Below, one piece after another: positions 51,401-62,498 of a stretch of DNA of 64,000 nucleotides. Origin of the DNA: Hyphochytrium catenoides (taxonomy: Eukaryota > Protista > Hyphochytriomycota); assembly GCA_900088475.1 (NCBI GenBank), contig FLMG01003022.1, positions 44,989 through 108,988 on the forward strand, given 5' to 3'. Made by a program: the position numbers and the translations under genes. The notes beneath the pieces are model-generated. The model saw only the letters and a program-made list of their open reading frames with translations, made no database searches and was not told where the DNA came from. Numbering within the stretch: the stretch's first letter is position 1; the number at the start of each line of letters is the position of its first letter.

Positions 51401-54400
51401 GACGTCATTTGCCTCTTTTATCGCTCCCAGTTGGCAGAAGCGGCCAGGTAGAGTTGATACCAAAGAGCACACACTCTTTAGGGCAGTTAGCACCTTGGTC
51501 GGCCCATCTCCATGCTGTCCAGTGCTTCCAAAGCTCTCTTCCTGTCTTGCTGTAGCTGTGGAGAGGTTAGAGGCAGCGGTAGGCTTCTTTGAGTTTTGAA
51601 TAGCCATAGTACTAGGGACGGTGGGTGGACGTCCAACAGCGCTGCTCTTATTCTGAGGGGATAATGCATCCCTTTCTTTGCCACCTTTATCAGCGGCGCC
51701 TTTACTTTGAGGCATCAGAAGTTCGCGTTCTTTTCCGCTCTTTTCAGAACCAAGTTTGTTGGGAGGGGACAATGGCTCTCTCTCCCTGCCAGGCGGTCGG
51801 GTTATTCCTGCAAGCGACGGAAATGAAGGAAAGATCATTTGAGGCTTCCTTGGTCTACCGTCCAGAAACGCAGCCTATCTAGGGCTCTGACCTATGATCT
51901 CTGCTCTCATAGGAGGTACTGCCTCTCTTGCGTGATATCACACCTCACCCCCTCATCGCTACTTATCGCTACTCAAGTGCCGCTTTTAAAAATCTTGAAT
52001 CACCTTGAGGCTGCGGAGCCACCCTAGTCACACCAGCGGCATCTTCTGCCGAGCTTAAGACAGCGAAACATCGCGCCAGTTGACTGTCGAGGAAGGCCCG
52101 CATTGGGTCTACCCCTTTTTCCCCTTTGCAGAACGAGACCAGAAACCGGAGGCGCGCATCCTGGTAAGGCGGGCAGAGGTCAGAAGGGCCTGGAAAAGGC
52201 TTCCGGTAGGGCATAGCACTAGACGAAGCGAGGTTGCCGGACGAAGATTAAGTGGTTGTGCACCCCCGCCAGACGGATGAGGCGAGAGGACACGCTCTCG
52301 CACCTGCTTCCCCCATGGAATCCCATGGTCAGTAAGTAACTGGAACTGGTCTTTTCTCACTTCTTCTGCGACTCTTTCGACCTCCTGTAGCAAGTGTTTG
52401 AATGTCTCCGCACCCGTATTCTCCACCTGCATCTTGACTCTGTGATAGTCTGTCAGAACCTTGAAAAGTTGAGTCAGAAGAGATTTGAACTCTTATGTTA
52501 GGTTCCAGGTATCGGGCTCTATGAAAGGCACACTGTGGGTTAAAAAGGAAGATTCCCCCGCTAGAGATAAGGGCACCATTATTCGTAGAGTAAAGTTAAC
52601 TAAGTGATGGCGCACAAATGATGCCCCTCGAAAGGAGGCACATAAAGCCAATTGCCTACCCCATCATACTCCTCTTTCTGGACCCGCGACTTCATGTTCA
52701 GGGGAAGTTGGAAGAGTAGCTGCCAGCGTTGCAATACGTCCACAATGTTGTGCAGGCGCTTGCCCTCCTTGATTCGGGAGACCACTGGTCCAAACTGTGC
52801 CTCTGCAGCTCCAGTCACCTGTGAAAGTGTTCCCAGAAGCATCTGAGACTTTGAGCTGTCTGCCTTGCCTGGGGAAAGAGTTCGTCAGCTCTAAGTGATT
52901 GGGGAATGGGAAGGCGAAGATTTTTGTGGTGGATCTGGAGATAGAGGAAAGAGCGGGAGAGGATGAAATGGGTAGCACGAATGGCAATACGACAAACTCA
53001 GACTGTCTCTAAGAAGAATCATGAGGTCTAACCCATTATATACTGACTTTGAAACTTCCCATTTCCAGAAGTCTCTTCTCTGGCAATCTGTTGGATCCTT
53101 GTGATGGCCTCCCCACAACGTACGAACTGGTCGAAGTGCTCCGCAACTAACCGCTTCAGATTTTCCATTGCTGCGCCCTTTTCTCTTCTCAAATTCTCCA
53201 AGCCTCGAGTCAGATCCTCATAGGTGGCATCCTAAGGAGGAAGAGGATAAAGGGAACAAGGAGAAGGGTATCGGTAAGATTAACAAGGGCAGCTGGGGTT
53301 AAACGATAGGGATAGCGCGATGTGTGTCGTCAATACGCGAGGCAAACTGCAAGGCCACAACCGCTAGGGATGCCAACCTTTCAACTAGCATAGACTAACC
53401 AAGGCGTCTAGAGACATTTAGTGAAAGAATGAGCGCAATGATCTCGGGTTGTCACTGCTAGGCAGAGAGCTAGAAAGCAGCGAAGATTATAGGCATAAGA
53501 CATGAAGCTCAATCCTTTAATCTTATGAACCTTATGCACTCGTGCCAAGAAGAGCACAGGGCTGAAGTTCTCGTCAAACAAGTGAGTCGTTCCCTGCGGC
53601 CAAAAGCAGTCGCATTACCAAGGTCAGTACACCGTCACAGAGCGCGTTCCAGAGACGGTCAATCAAGCAAGACAACGAACTTTTTGAGAAGAAAATCAAA
53701 TTTTATTTGACATGCGATGCCCCGATTAGAAGGAATGATGGGTATGGGATGCCTCACCTCAATCCCGCCCAAGAAATCTTCACTCTTTGGAGAGCTTAGT
53801 TTGGGCCCCAACTTCAGTTCTTTCCGACTATGGCCAGACGAAGTGGAGGAGGTGTCGCTGGGCTTCTGCAGTGCGGATCGCAGCATTGACGGAATGGAAG
53901 AGGAGGCATTACTCTTTGACCGCTGGTGCCGACTGGATTTAGCTGCTGAGCTCTTATCCCCTTGTGGCGGTGTTCCACCTGAGAGGCCCAGAGGATCCAT
54001 AGTTCCCTCACTGTCGGTGGGTACGCTAATAGACAGACGAGGTTCAATCGTTTGCTACGATAAGAGATGAGTCAGTTTGTCAAGGCTGTAGTCAGCCAGG
54101 AGGCCATAGACGCCAAGGTCTCCTCACATTGATCTTGAGGCCGAGAACTGGAGGAGGAGGCCTGCTAATGCTATCGCTGGTGAGATCCGCTGATCAATAA
54201 CATCAATTAGAACCTTTAGGTCATCCAGCGTTACTTTGGGATACATAAAGAAGCAGACATGGGATCGAAGAGCCAGCTAATTAACCACAGAAAGAAACAG
54301 AGACAAAGAAGTCAGAAAGAGGGCCAGGTGTAGACAAAGAAAAGAAGGGCTCCTTACTCTGCATACTACGCGTCTCATCACTTGTGCTATCGACGGAGGT

Positions 54401-55396
54401 GGTCCTTTCCCCATCTTGTGACTTCTCTTCAGGGAGAAGTACCGAAGATAAGCGCTTCCCTAGCATCGCAATAGAGAGGATTAACGTCTGTTGGTAGGAA
54501 GGGAGAGACACCCTACTACAAAAATGACTAGGATGTTTCAAAGCAGGATAGTGTAGAGAAGTAGACAATGCAGCGAAGAAGAGAAAGCCTACAGTTTCAC
54601 AAGAGAGAAAGAGAGCCAGGAAGGAGTAGTACCAGGACCCAGTGTAGCTTCAGGGGTGAACGTGTCTTCAGTTTGCGCATCAGGGCTTTCTGCCCATTTG
54701 CTATACAAATCGCGAGCCCTCGGATCAGGGAGAATAGTCTCCAATGATAGCTGAGCAAGTGATAAGCTCAGGTAACGATATAGTATTAAGTGAAGAGAAG
54801 AAAGTGAAGAAGCATCAAACGAGGTATCCCAGCGGAGAAGGGGCGGGAGGACAAACAATGAGGGTCCAACAGCTCAATGCAAGAAAAGCGCGAACTATAA
54901 CGGAGGATGTCTCTCTCTTTACCGGGCCTTTGCTCCTATGATCCAAGATCAATTTTACTAAGGAGAACGCCATTGATTGCTCCTTTGGCATGACCTGAGA
55001 GCCCCTTGGCGGTAGGATGTGCCTGCCTAGCTTCATACTCTGGAGCTGTTCAGGCGAGAGGTGGGCGAAGACAGAGACCATCACTTGACTCTCCTGTGGC
55101 CTTCCTGCGGGAGGATGGCGGAGGATATGCCTCAGCAGGGCAAGAGCGTCTACCGTCGTACGCTTAAGCTCTGTGATGTGAGAGGTAGATACCGCGCCAA
55201 CTTCTTGGACCAGTCCTCTTTTCCCTCCCACCTCCCCATCCCCGAAGAGGAGGAGGGATATCTCGTCATGGCTGAGCTCTGGGATCTGAGAATAGTAGTA
55301 CTTTTGGAAGCTCTTTAGTGTCTTCACCCGCCCTGAAGAGTGATCTGTGGCAAGACTTTTCAGAAGAGCCTCGATGTGGTCTTCGTTGGTGCTCAT
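48442..55396 (-). CDS. EXOC2: Exocyst complex component Sec5 with a long unrecognised N-terminal region
   Basis: FDENFSPVLFLARVHK|DATYEDLTRGLENL...LKRLVAEHFDQFVRC, FGPVVSR...LQRWQLLFQLP, EYDG|VLTDYHRVK and SVRSYVVDLLMVL. The last exon (GASKTL...WLQSCLAPAR*) and the start codon are best guesses. Confidence 0.8.
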
Positions 55397-55740
55397 CGTG
55401 TCCAACGACCCTAAAATCTGCTTCGAGAACCCAAAAGAAGGTTGCCTGGCTTCTTTTCCTTGCTGGACGAAGCCCGACCCTGGGTTTCAGCCTGCCACTA
55501 GCGAGCCAGGACTGCTTATTCCCTGAGGTCTGCTCATAGAGGCCGCGGGGCAAGGAACTACTAGGAAGCTCTGTTGCTATTTCATTCGATAGTAGTTTCC
55601 TGACATCCGTCCACCCACTGCCGCAATGACGATCTTTCCTTCTATGAGAGAGAACTCTGTCTCCAGTCTGGTAATGAAACGACACCAATTGTGCACAGCC
55701 ACACACCCCCTCGGACCCAGTCATCTTCAAGTGAATAGGC

Positions 55741-55755
55741 GAGAGACCGAGGGAG

Positions 55756-55786
<31 letters not shown>

Positions 55787-55820
55787 GAATGAGAAAGAGA
55801 GACAGAGAAAGTGGGAGAGA
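55741..55820. repeat. Imperfect (GA)n microsatellite in the divergent EXOC2/UFSP intergenic region
   Basis: gagagaccgagggagagagagaaagagagagaaagagagagagagagaatgagaaagagagacagagaaa seen directly. Confidence 0.85.
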
Positions 55821-55991
55821 ATCTTAATCTGGTGTCTTGAGAAGAGCGGAATGTGTGACGTGTGACCCCTGTCTCCCAGACTCAATCTGAGTCTACTTCT
55901 ACTCCTGATCCTCTTACCCCTAGCTTACTATCACATTGGCTGCCCCTGCCGCAGAGGTTACAAAAGAATCTATAGCGTTGACTACGAACTA

Positions 55992-57169
55992 ATGCAGGGC
56001 GAAGATTGCGAGCTACGCCACCTTAGGCAAGAACTTCAAGGGCTCCAAGCGCAATCCAAGGTTGAGGAAGCTGGCGGAGCGCTTTCACTAGATGAAGGTA
56101 TTGGCCCCACATGAGCAGTACGACGCTATCCTTACTGATTGAGCCCGCACACGTGCGCTATCTGTGTTGTCTCTACTAGAAAATTACAAAGGCCAACAAA
56201 GAGTTTTAATGGACGTCCACCTTCACATTCCCTTCCCTTTCGTATGCAATGGCACTCAATGGGCACAGGTAGGAGAGAATCACCACCATTTATCTAGATT
56301 CTCTTGATTGCTTCAACATTGGTAGCCCCGAGAGCACCGGTCCCTAGACCCTCTACTATTGGCTACTCATCTTCGCTCACCTTCTTGTCGCCCGTGAATA
56401 CCCCTTCTCCTTGCAAAACATGTGACCTCTCCTAGATGTGACAGGTAACAGTCTGCCTTCTGCTGGCTAGGTGTGCGGGTCCTACCACTACTTCCATTAT
56501 GGTCATCAGCACTTTGATGACAGAGAATGGGGTTGCGCTTACCGCAGCTCTCAGACCATAATCTCGTGGTACGTACTTAACGGCGGGCGGTCCGAGAAGC
56601 TGAAAGGGGCGATTGGCGGTGAATTGAAGATAAAAGACTTAGCTGAAGTCATTCCATCCATCCCTGAGCTCCAGCAAATACTGGTTGATTGCGGAGATAA
56701 GCGATCATCTTTCGTTGGCTCTCGACAGTGGATCGGAACTTTTGAGGTCTATTTGCTGATCGACACAATCTTCGACTATTCCGCAAAGATCCTCCACTGT
56801 TCCAAAGGATCCAAGTTCTCCTCAGATATTAATCCAATTCTCAGGGAACATTTTTCCAAGATAGGTTCTCCCGTTATGGTTGGCGGAGAAGTAGGTGGAG
56901 CACTTACAGTCCTAGGCGTTGGCGACCCAGTACAGGAGGATGGAGGAAACAAGGCAGCATTAGTCTTGTTATTGGACCCCCATTACACAGGGGAAGATAC
57001 CATTGACAAAATAGTAGAGGCCGGCTGCTGCCGCTGGGCTAAGGCAGAGGATATTTTCCAATCGAGCGCCTGGTATAACTTCTGTTTGCCTCAGCTGGCC
57101 CCATCTGACCTCCGTCTAAAACCTGAAGCCCCATTGATGTCCGCTGGTTACCGTCTACCGCAGACGTGA
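55992..57169 (+). CDS. UFM1-specific protease, peptidase C78, short catalytic-only (UFSP1-like) form
   Basis: GSYHYFHY...DDREWGCAYRSSQT (catalytic Cys), FVGSRQWIG, PVMVGG, LLLDPHYTG (Asp-Pro-His) and WYNFCLPQ. Two short 5' exons (55992-56097; about 56180-56268, LMDVH) phase into the exon at 56471. Confidence 0.9.
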
Positions 57170-60100
57170 CTACTTCGAACTGTCCTCTCCTTCGCCTCGC
57201 CGCGAGCCGTTGAAAGTTCACACTCCTTACTGGAGTTGCGCGTTCTAGGCAGATGAGTGGAAATACTGAAGGTCGTCCATGAGCGCACTGAAATGGAAAC
57301 TTCGTTCTACCCAGCTTTTTCATTAGACCAACGCAGTCCACAAATGAGAGAGAATCACCGAACATGATGGCCCCTCTGCATGCCTTGGAACTCAAAATCC
57401 ATTGTACGGAAGGTGGACGCTTCACTGTCCTGGTGCCTAGCTTCGCGTAAAACTGAAGAAAGCTAAGGAGATCCGAAGGCTTTAGTTGTACACCAAGTAT
57501 CATCGGGACATGACTGACGTGCAGACTCGGTGGATTGGCACTGGGGATAAGACTCATTCTTCTATCTCCCCCATGTTGGGAACTGGCGGTGTATTTGAAG
57601 CCCCAGGCTGAGATGCGTTCCTGAAATTTATCCGCCAAATCCAGCTCATGAGGGGTGATTGGAAGGGCTGATGACACTTCCAGCTTGAACGAAGTGAGAA
57701 TGGAAGGATTGCTCTGTCCACCGTACACAATGCGATCCAGGTGGCTTTCTAAGAGCTCGAGACGCACCCTTTCGTCAGCTGCATGTTGATCGACACAAAG
57801 GATGTTTCCATCGCTGCAGAGAGCGAGAACAAACTTGTTCTCCACCTGGGAAATCACAGAGGCTAGCTGAATGCTATCTCTCCGCAGAGAGTGAAGAAAG
57901 CCCATGGCCTTTGAGAAAGACTTGCAAGCCGGTCTGGCTAGATTATGTTTATCCATTTCCCCGCAATGTTCAGCGTCTTCTATAACTGTGGCGCGGACAG
58001 CAGAGTCGGAACTGAACATCTCTTCTGCAAATGACGGCTCCGAAGATCTTCTCTCGTCTTTTTGAAGGTCCGTCCTTGGGCTTCCGTGGTCTGTTACTTC
58101 CGTCATCCTATCATCACTTTCGCAATCAGAAAGCCCAGGTCTATCTGATATCACTACCGAAGGATCTTCAGCTGCAAGAGGATTTAGTCCATCGTGGCTA
58201 ATTGACGTATCCACGGCAACCGGGTAAACTTCTCTTCTGGAATTTTCCACCAAGATCTGAGTAATGCAGCTGGAGTGATCTTGTCTATAGACCTTTCTAC
58301 CTGTCACTCTAGGTGAAGTAAGACAGTCTCTTCGCCTGACCGCTTTATCAGCTAAAGAGTTGAATGACGACAGCTTCCTCTTCAGTTGCCGGTGACGGAC
58401 CACAGCGTGAGAGCTGGGGCTTAGGAAGGCTTCCTCAAACAGCTGCTCGAGCTTATCGCTCTCCTCTATCTTTCGAGTAAGGCTTGGTGTGCCTTCTTCC
58501 TCTAGGAAAACTGGTGAACAGCATGATACCGCCGCCGGAGATCGTGGTTGAGGAGGAAGGTAGAGCTCCTTGGCCTGAAAAATTGTGGACACCTCATTGA
58601 TATTGGTGCCATTCATCTTGATTGGCGACTCTACCGAAGGAACGATAGCTGATGACAACAAATCATGAAATGGAGAGCTTGCACTTGCGACTTGACCATC
58701 CGGCTCCTCCCAAGATGGAGCTGGGGAGGGTATCTCGTCTACCAACTGCGGCGGAGTCAAAGTAGAAGGAGGAGTCACTGCCATATGATCCATTGGGCGG
58801 TAGTCTTGTAGCGTCCCTTGTACTATCTGCAGCTGTCCGCCTGCACGTCGGCCTTCCTCCGCCCCGTCTTCATTGGCGGATAGATGGCCCAATGGGAGGG
58901 GAAGCCTATCTTCAGTCCCTACCATGCCATTCACAGACTCGTTTACTCTGGGATGAGTTATTGGTGTCGTCTCCATGGGTGTCGGACAAGAGTTCGACAC
59001 TAAAGATGACTTCAGATGCTTCGTTGTTGTTGGTAGTGAACCACTCGAGGCGTAAGCAGGAGCTATTTTCTCGCGAGCCGCAGTGCCAGCCCTATTACCT
59101 GCAATAGGGTAGTCACCAAGGTATTCCTCTCCAAGACGAGGTTTAAAGAGAATCTAGCCACGTTACGTTTAGTTTAGCTCTTGTGACATGTAAGTATTCT
59201 CTTACCCGGAGCATTCCGTTGAGGCACTCTAGCACGCTCGGCCAGTCCAGAAAGGTAATCTGACTTTTGTCTGGCTCCAGAAGGATGTCGTAAGAGTCAG
59301 GTGGGCACTCCAGGTTCAGAATGAAGATAGGAAACGTCTTGTGCGTCTCGTTTGGGTCTTTGAGAAAACAAACTATTCTTAACCCTCGCTTACTAGGATC
59401 TAAAAGAAGTAGGACTTACCTCGTTTTGAAATGGACTCCAAAGTCCTTCTTCTAGCAAGCCTTCTATCTCCTTGCAGATCATATTGAGCGATTGTCCCTG
59501 CATTTTGGAAAGCCTTGTTTATGACCTTTCAAAGCCACTTCAGCTATGGTCGTCAGCACTTAGTTTGATCGTTGCCATTCTCTGTACCTTGTCGCAGTCC
59601 GTTGTGCGGCGGACCCATCTTCTGTTCACGTAAAAGAACTGGAGCTCCTTCGTTGGATACCCGTCTGGACAATTTTCAGCAGGTGGAGAGATGTACCCGG
59701 ACAGATGGTAGCTGCCATGGGAATAGTCTATAGGTTTTAGCCGCGATGCGTACTCCCCACTGCATAAGCCCGCAAACCGTTTGAGCATAGACTCCTGTGG
59801 CAAAAACCGCAGTAGAGTCTTGTTCCTTGCTGAGGAAGTGAAGGGAATGGTTTACGTCTCATCCGGGAAAAACGTGAGACCTGAGGACGTACCAAGATCT
59901 GTCACACAAAAGCTTATCCCTGGATGTATGAGGCTCAGCCGTAACAGGAACCGCTTGACCTTCTCAACCTCTTTGCTCTCATTGTGAAGCTTTCTTCGAA
60001 CCGGGCGGCAGCCGAAGAGATCTCTGAGAGTTACCGTTGTACCCTGCGAAGGCTTTGTGCTCTTTGACAACCCCCAAAGAAGCGCGCCGTTCCGTGATAT

Positions 60101-60818
60101 CACCTAGACGAAGAGAGGTAGTTGGAGTCAATGATTGCCTGGCCTCTTCCTAGCACCTGGTTGAGGAACAGACCTTCCTGTACGTCTGTGAGCTCTTAAA
60201 GTACCTGCTCTCCACCTCTAGAACCCCCAGAGAAGCAAGAGTATACAAAGCTTCCCCTCGGAACCCATAAGTTGACGATTGAGACGGGACATGCGATGCT
60301 TGGGATGTTTTTGAAGTCGCTAAAGGAGAGTCCTATCAACTCTGGCAAGTTTTAGTAATTGTTGTCAATTGTCATTTAGATTACCTATACATGTTCCCAA
60401 TAGCCCTTTCAGGTCTTCTTTTGGTATTCCACTGCCTAAAGAAGCCATGATTTTAGGGTAGACAGGAGAAGAAAGGCTGTGGGGTCCACATACCATTATC
60501 GGTAACCCTCACGAAGAACTCGTGAAAGCTGAGCCCGACAGAGATCGATGTTGCTTCCGCATCAATGCTGTTGTACACCACTGCTTTAAAGTGAGTCAAC
60601 AGACTGAATCCCCAAGGCACAGATGACCTGGTCACTTACACTCTTCTACGGCTTGGGAGAGGTAGCCGATTGCTGCGGTAGCACGTAACCTTGCTGAAGC
60701 CGTGTCCGGCAGTCTTGCCAAAATGGAGCATGGGAAAATGTTAGACCACCTCCAGGGCAGCCGGAGCTAGTCTCAGACTATGACTGAAGTACTCGCTTAC
60801 CTGACAATCATTTTCCAT
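57039..60818 (-). CDS. MLH3: MutL homolog MLH3 (MutL-gamma endonuclease)
   Basis: GHKL ATPase: AVEE|LVYNSIDAEA, VTDNG, ATSK, YGFRGEALYTL, GTTVTLRDLF..PVRRK. C-terminal DQHAADERVRLE endonuclease motif, SKACRGAIMFGD and FPFQCAHGRPS, an MLH3-type combination. Confidence 0.93.
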
Positions 60819-61413
60819 CTGCAGTCCACATAGCCTCCATTGAGCAAGTCAACCGCCTCTCTTGAATACTCGGTCTGCGCCAGAATCCGATGATGAGAAT
60901 CAGCAGTTGAAGCTTCAGAATTGCGTGTTTCGCAAAATTACCTCAGAAGCTGCGGAAATGCCTTTCCACATCTCCCACAACTCCATCAGAATAAGGGCCA
61001 AATACAGACCTCCTCCTGGAGTAATGACTGAAAGGTTGCACAGATTTCTGAAGGGGAAGAAAAGCGGTTGTCGTGGATCATCACATCAGTCACCAGTTCA
61101 TCAAGACGCGTTCCTACTATTCGGACATGAGGGCATGACAGTATCAGAAGCTTCATAGCTGCAGACGTGCCCAGGACAGAAGACGACCTAACCTCAGTGC
61201 ACCTTAGACTCATTTAAAGCCACTAATCAGTCTCGGGAGAAAAACAGAGCTTCCAGCCACATCCATCCAGTTGTACGACTTAGTGTACAGCCAGCAACGA
61301 AGCTAATCAAGAATAGATGCTAGGACAATAGGATTTCTGGCGCAATACTATAGTAAGGATGAGAGGAGAAGCCTGCAGGAGCTGATTGCTTTGCCATTCA
61401 ACCCCCAATAGCC

Positions 61414-62311
61414 ATGGTCGGCAGAAGGGAGAGCACAAGACTCTCCTACGTTGGCAGCAATGATTCACATATGCTAAAGAGCTGCGATGAACGGGGTGCA
61501 CTGATACTGAAGAAACTCCACAACTTCCAGAACCTTCTCAGCTTCTTTCGAAGTGAGACGCAAAACCTTTTGGCTAGGCATAGAGGCAAGGATATATCGC
61601 TTGAATGAGCCACCTTCTAGACCAAACTAACACAACCGTATAGACATCTCAAACCAGTATTCAGACTTTGCCAACGGCTTGAGAGAATCTGCCGCTAGAG
61701 AGGAGGTTTCAGAGGTTGTCTCTACTTTTGATACCCTAGCTTCATCAACAGACAAGATTGAGCGAGACCGGAGGCAGGTGATGGTAAGTTTATCTCCCAC
61801 TAGCTATGATACGCAATGCAGTTCTCATGGCAGATGCTTAGTGCGACAGACCAGAATCACGGCTACTTCACTTGATACAAGAGTTAGAGCTGTATATCAT
61901 CCATCCAATGAAGGTATAGTTCCAGTAAGCTCTTCACCTCTGTCAGCCACTCAGGAATTGTCTTTCAGGACCTATTACGGGACAGAAACAACCTTGTGAA
62001 AGTAGGGGCCAAGGCAAAAGACTCAAGCCACGGTAAGTCTACCACGTCGAAGACGCCTTGGAGTGTTTTGTTGTTGTTGACTGGTCCTAATAGGCGGCCA
62101 GGAGAGTGCGCAACTCCTGCGTGCGGAGGAAGTCCTTGACCACAACCTGGAGCTTTTTGAGGCACATCGCGTAGCGGCACTGAAGCTGATTTTGGACGAG
62201 CATATCAAGTGTCGGATGTATTATCACGCCAATGCGCTTTCATCTCTCAGCGGTGCAATGCAGTCCTGCAATGCCATAAACCTATATCGCCTGAACACCA
62301 CAGAGGGCTAG
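61414..62311 (+). CDS. FAM92/CIBAR-like BAR-domain protein, about 221 aa, five exons (61414-61585, 61644-61783, 61842-61913, 61969-62032, 62094-62311)
   Basis: Hand splicing gives an open 666-nt CDS: ...NLLARHRDISNQYSDFANGLRESAAREEVSEVVSTFDTLASSTDKIERDRRQVM|CDRPESRLLHLIQELELYIIHPMK|DLLRDR...LDHNLELFEAHRVAALKLILDEHIKCRMYYHANALSSL. The C-terminus resembles FAM92 (FE.QK..D.K.IF...I..EM.FH.KAL). Needs a GC-AG first intron. Confidence 0.7.
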
Positions 62312-62498
62312 ACACGTAAGCAGGAAGAAAAGAGCTAGCTTTCTCCTTCTTTTCTGCGCGTGTCAGTTCTGTGCGTTCTCATTGCCGGTCACATTGTCCA
62401 TATTCAAGTCGTCTTGAAGTCGCTGGATTAAATAAACTTAGGTTCGGTAGTGCCTTTGATCAGATTGGCACTGTTAGCCGGTGGCTAAGAACTATACA

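Noticed and set aside
1-62311. Functional cluster of ciliary genes (dynein, ENKD1, RIB43A, CIBAR-like)
   Set aside because: They are interspersed with unrelated genes and ciliary genes are numerous in flagellates, so co-occurrence is expected by chance.
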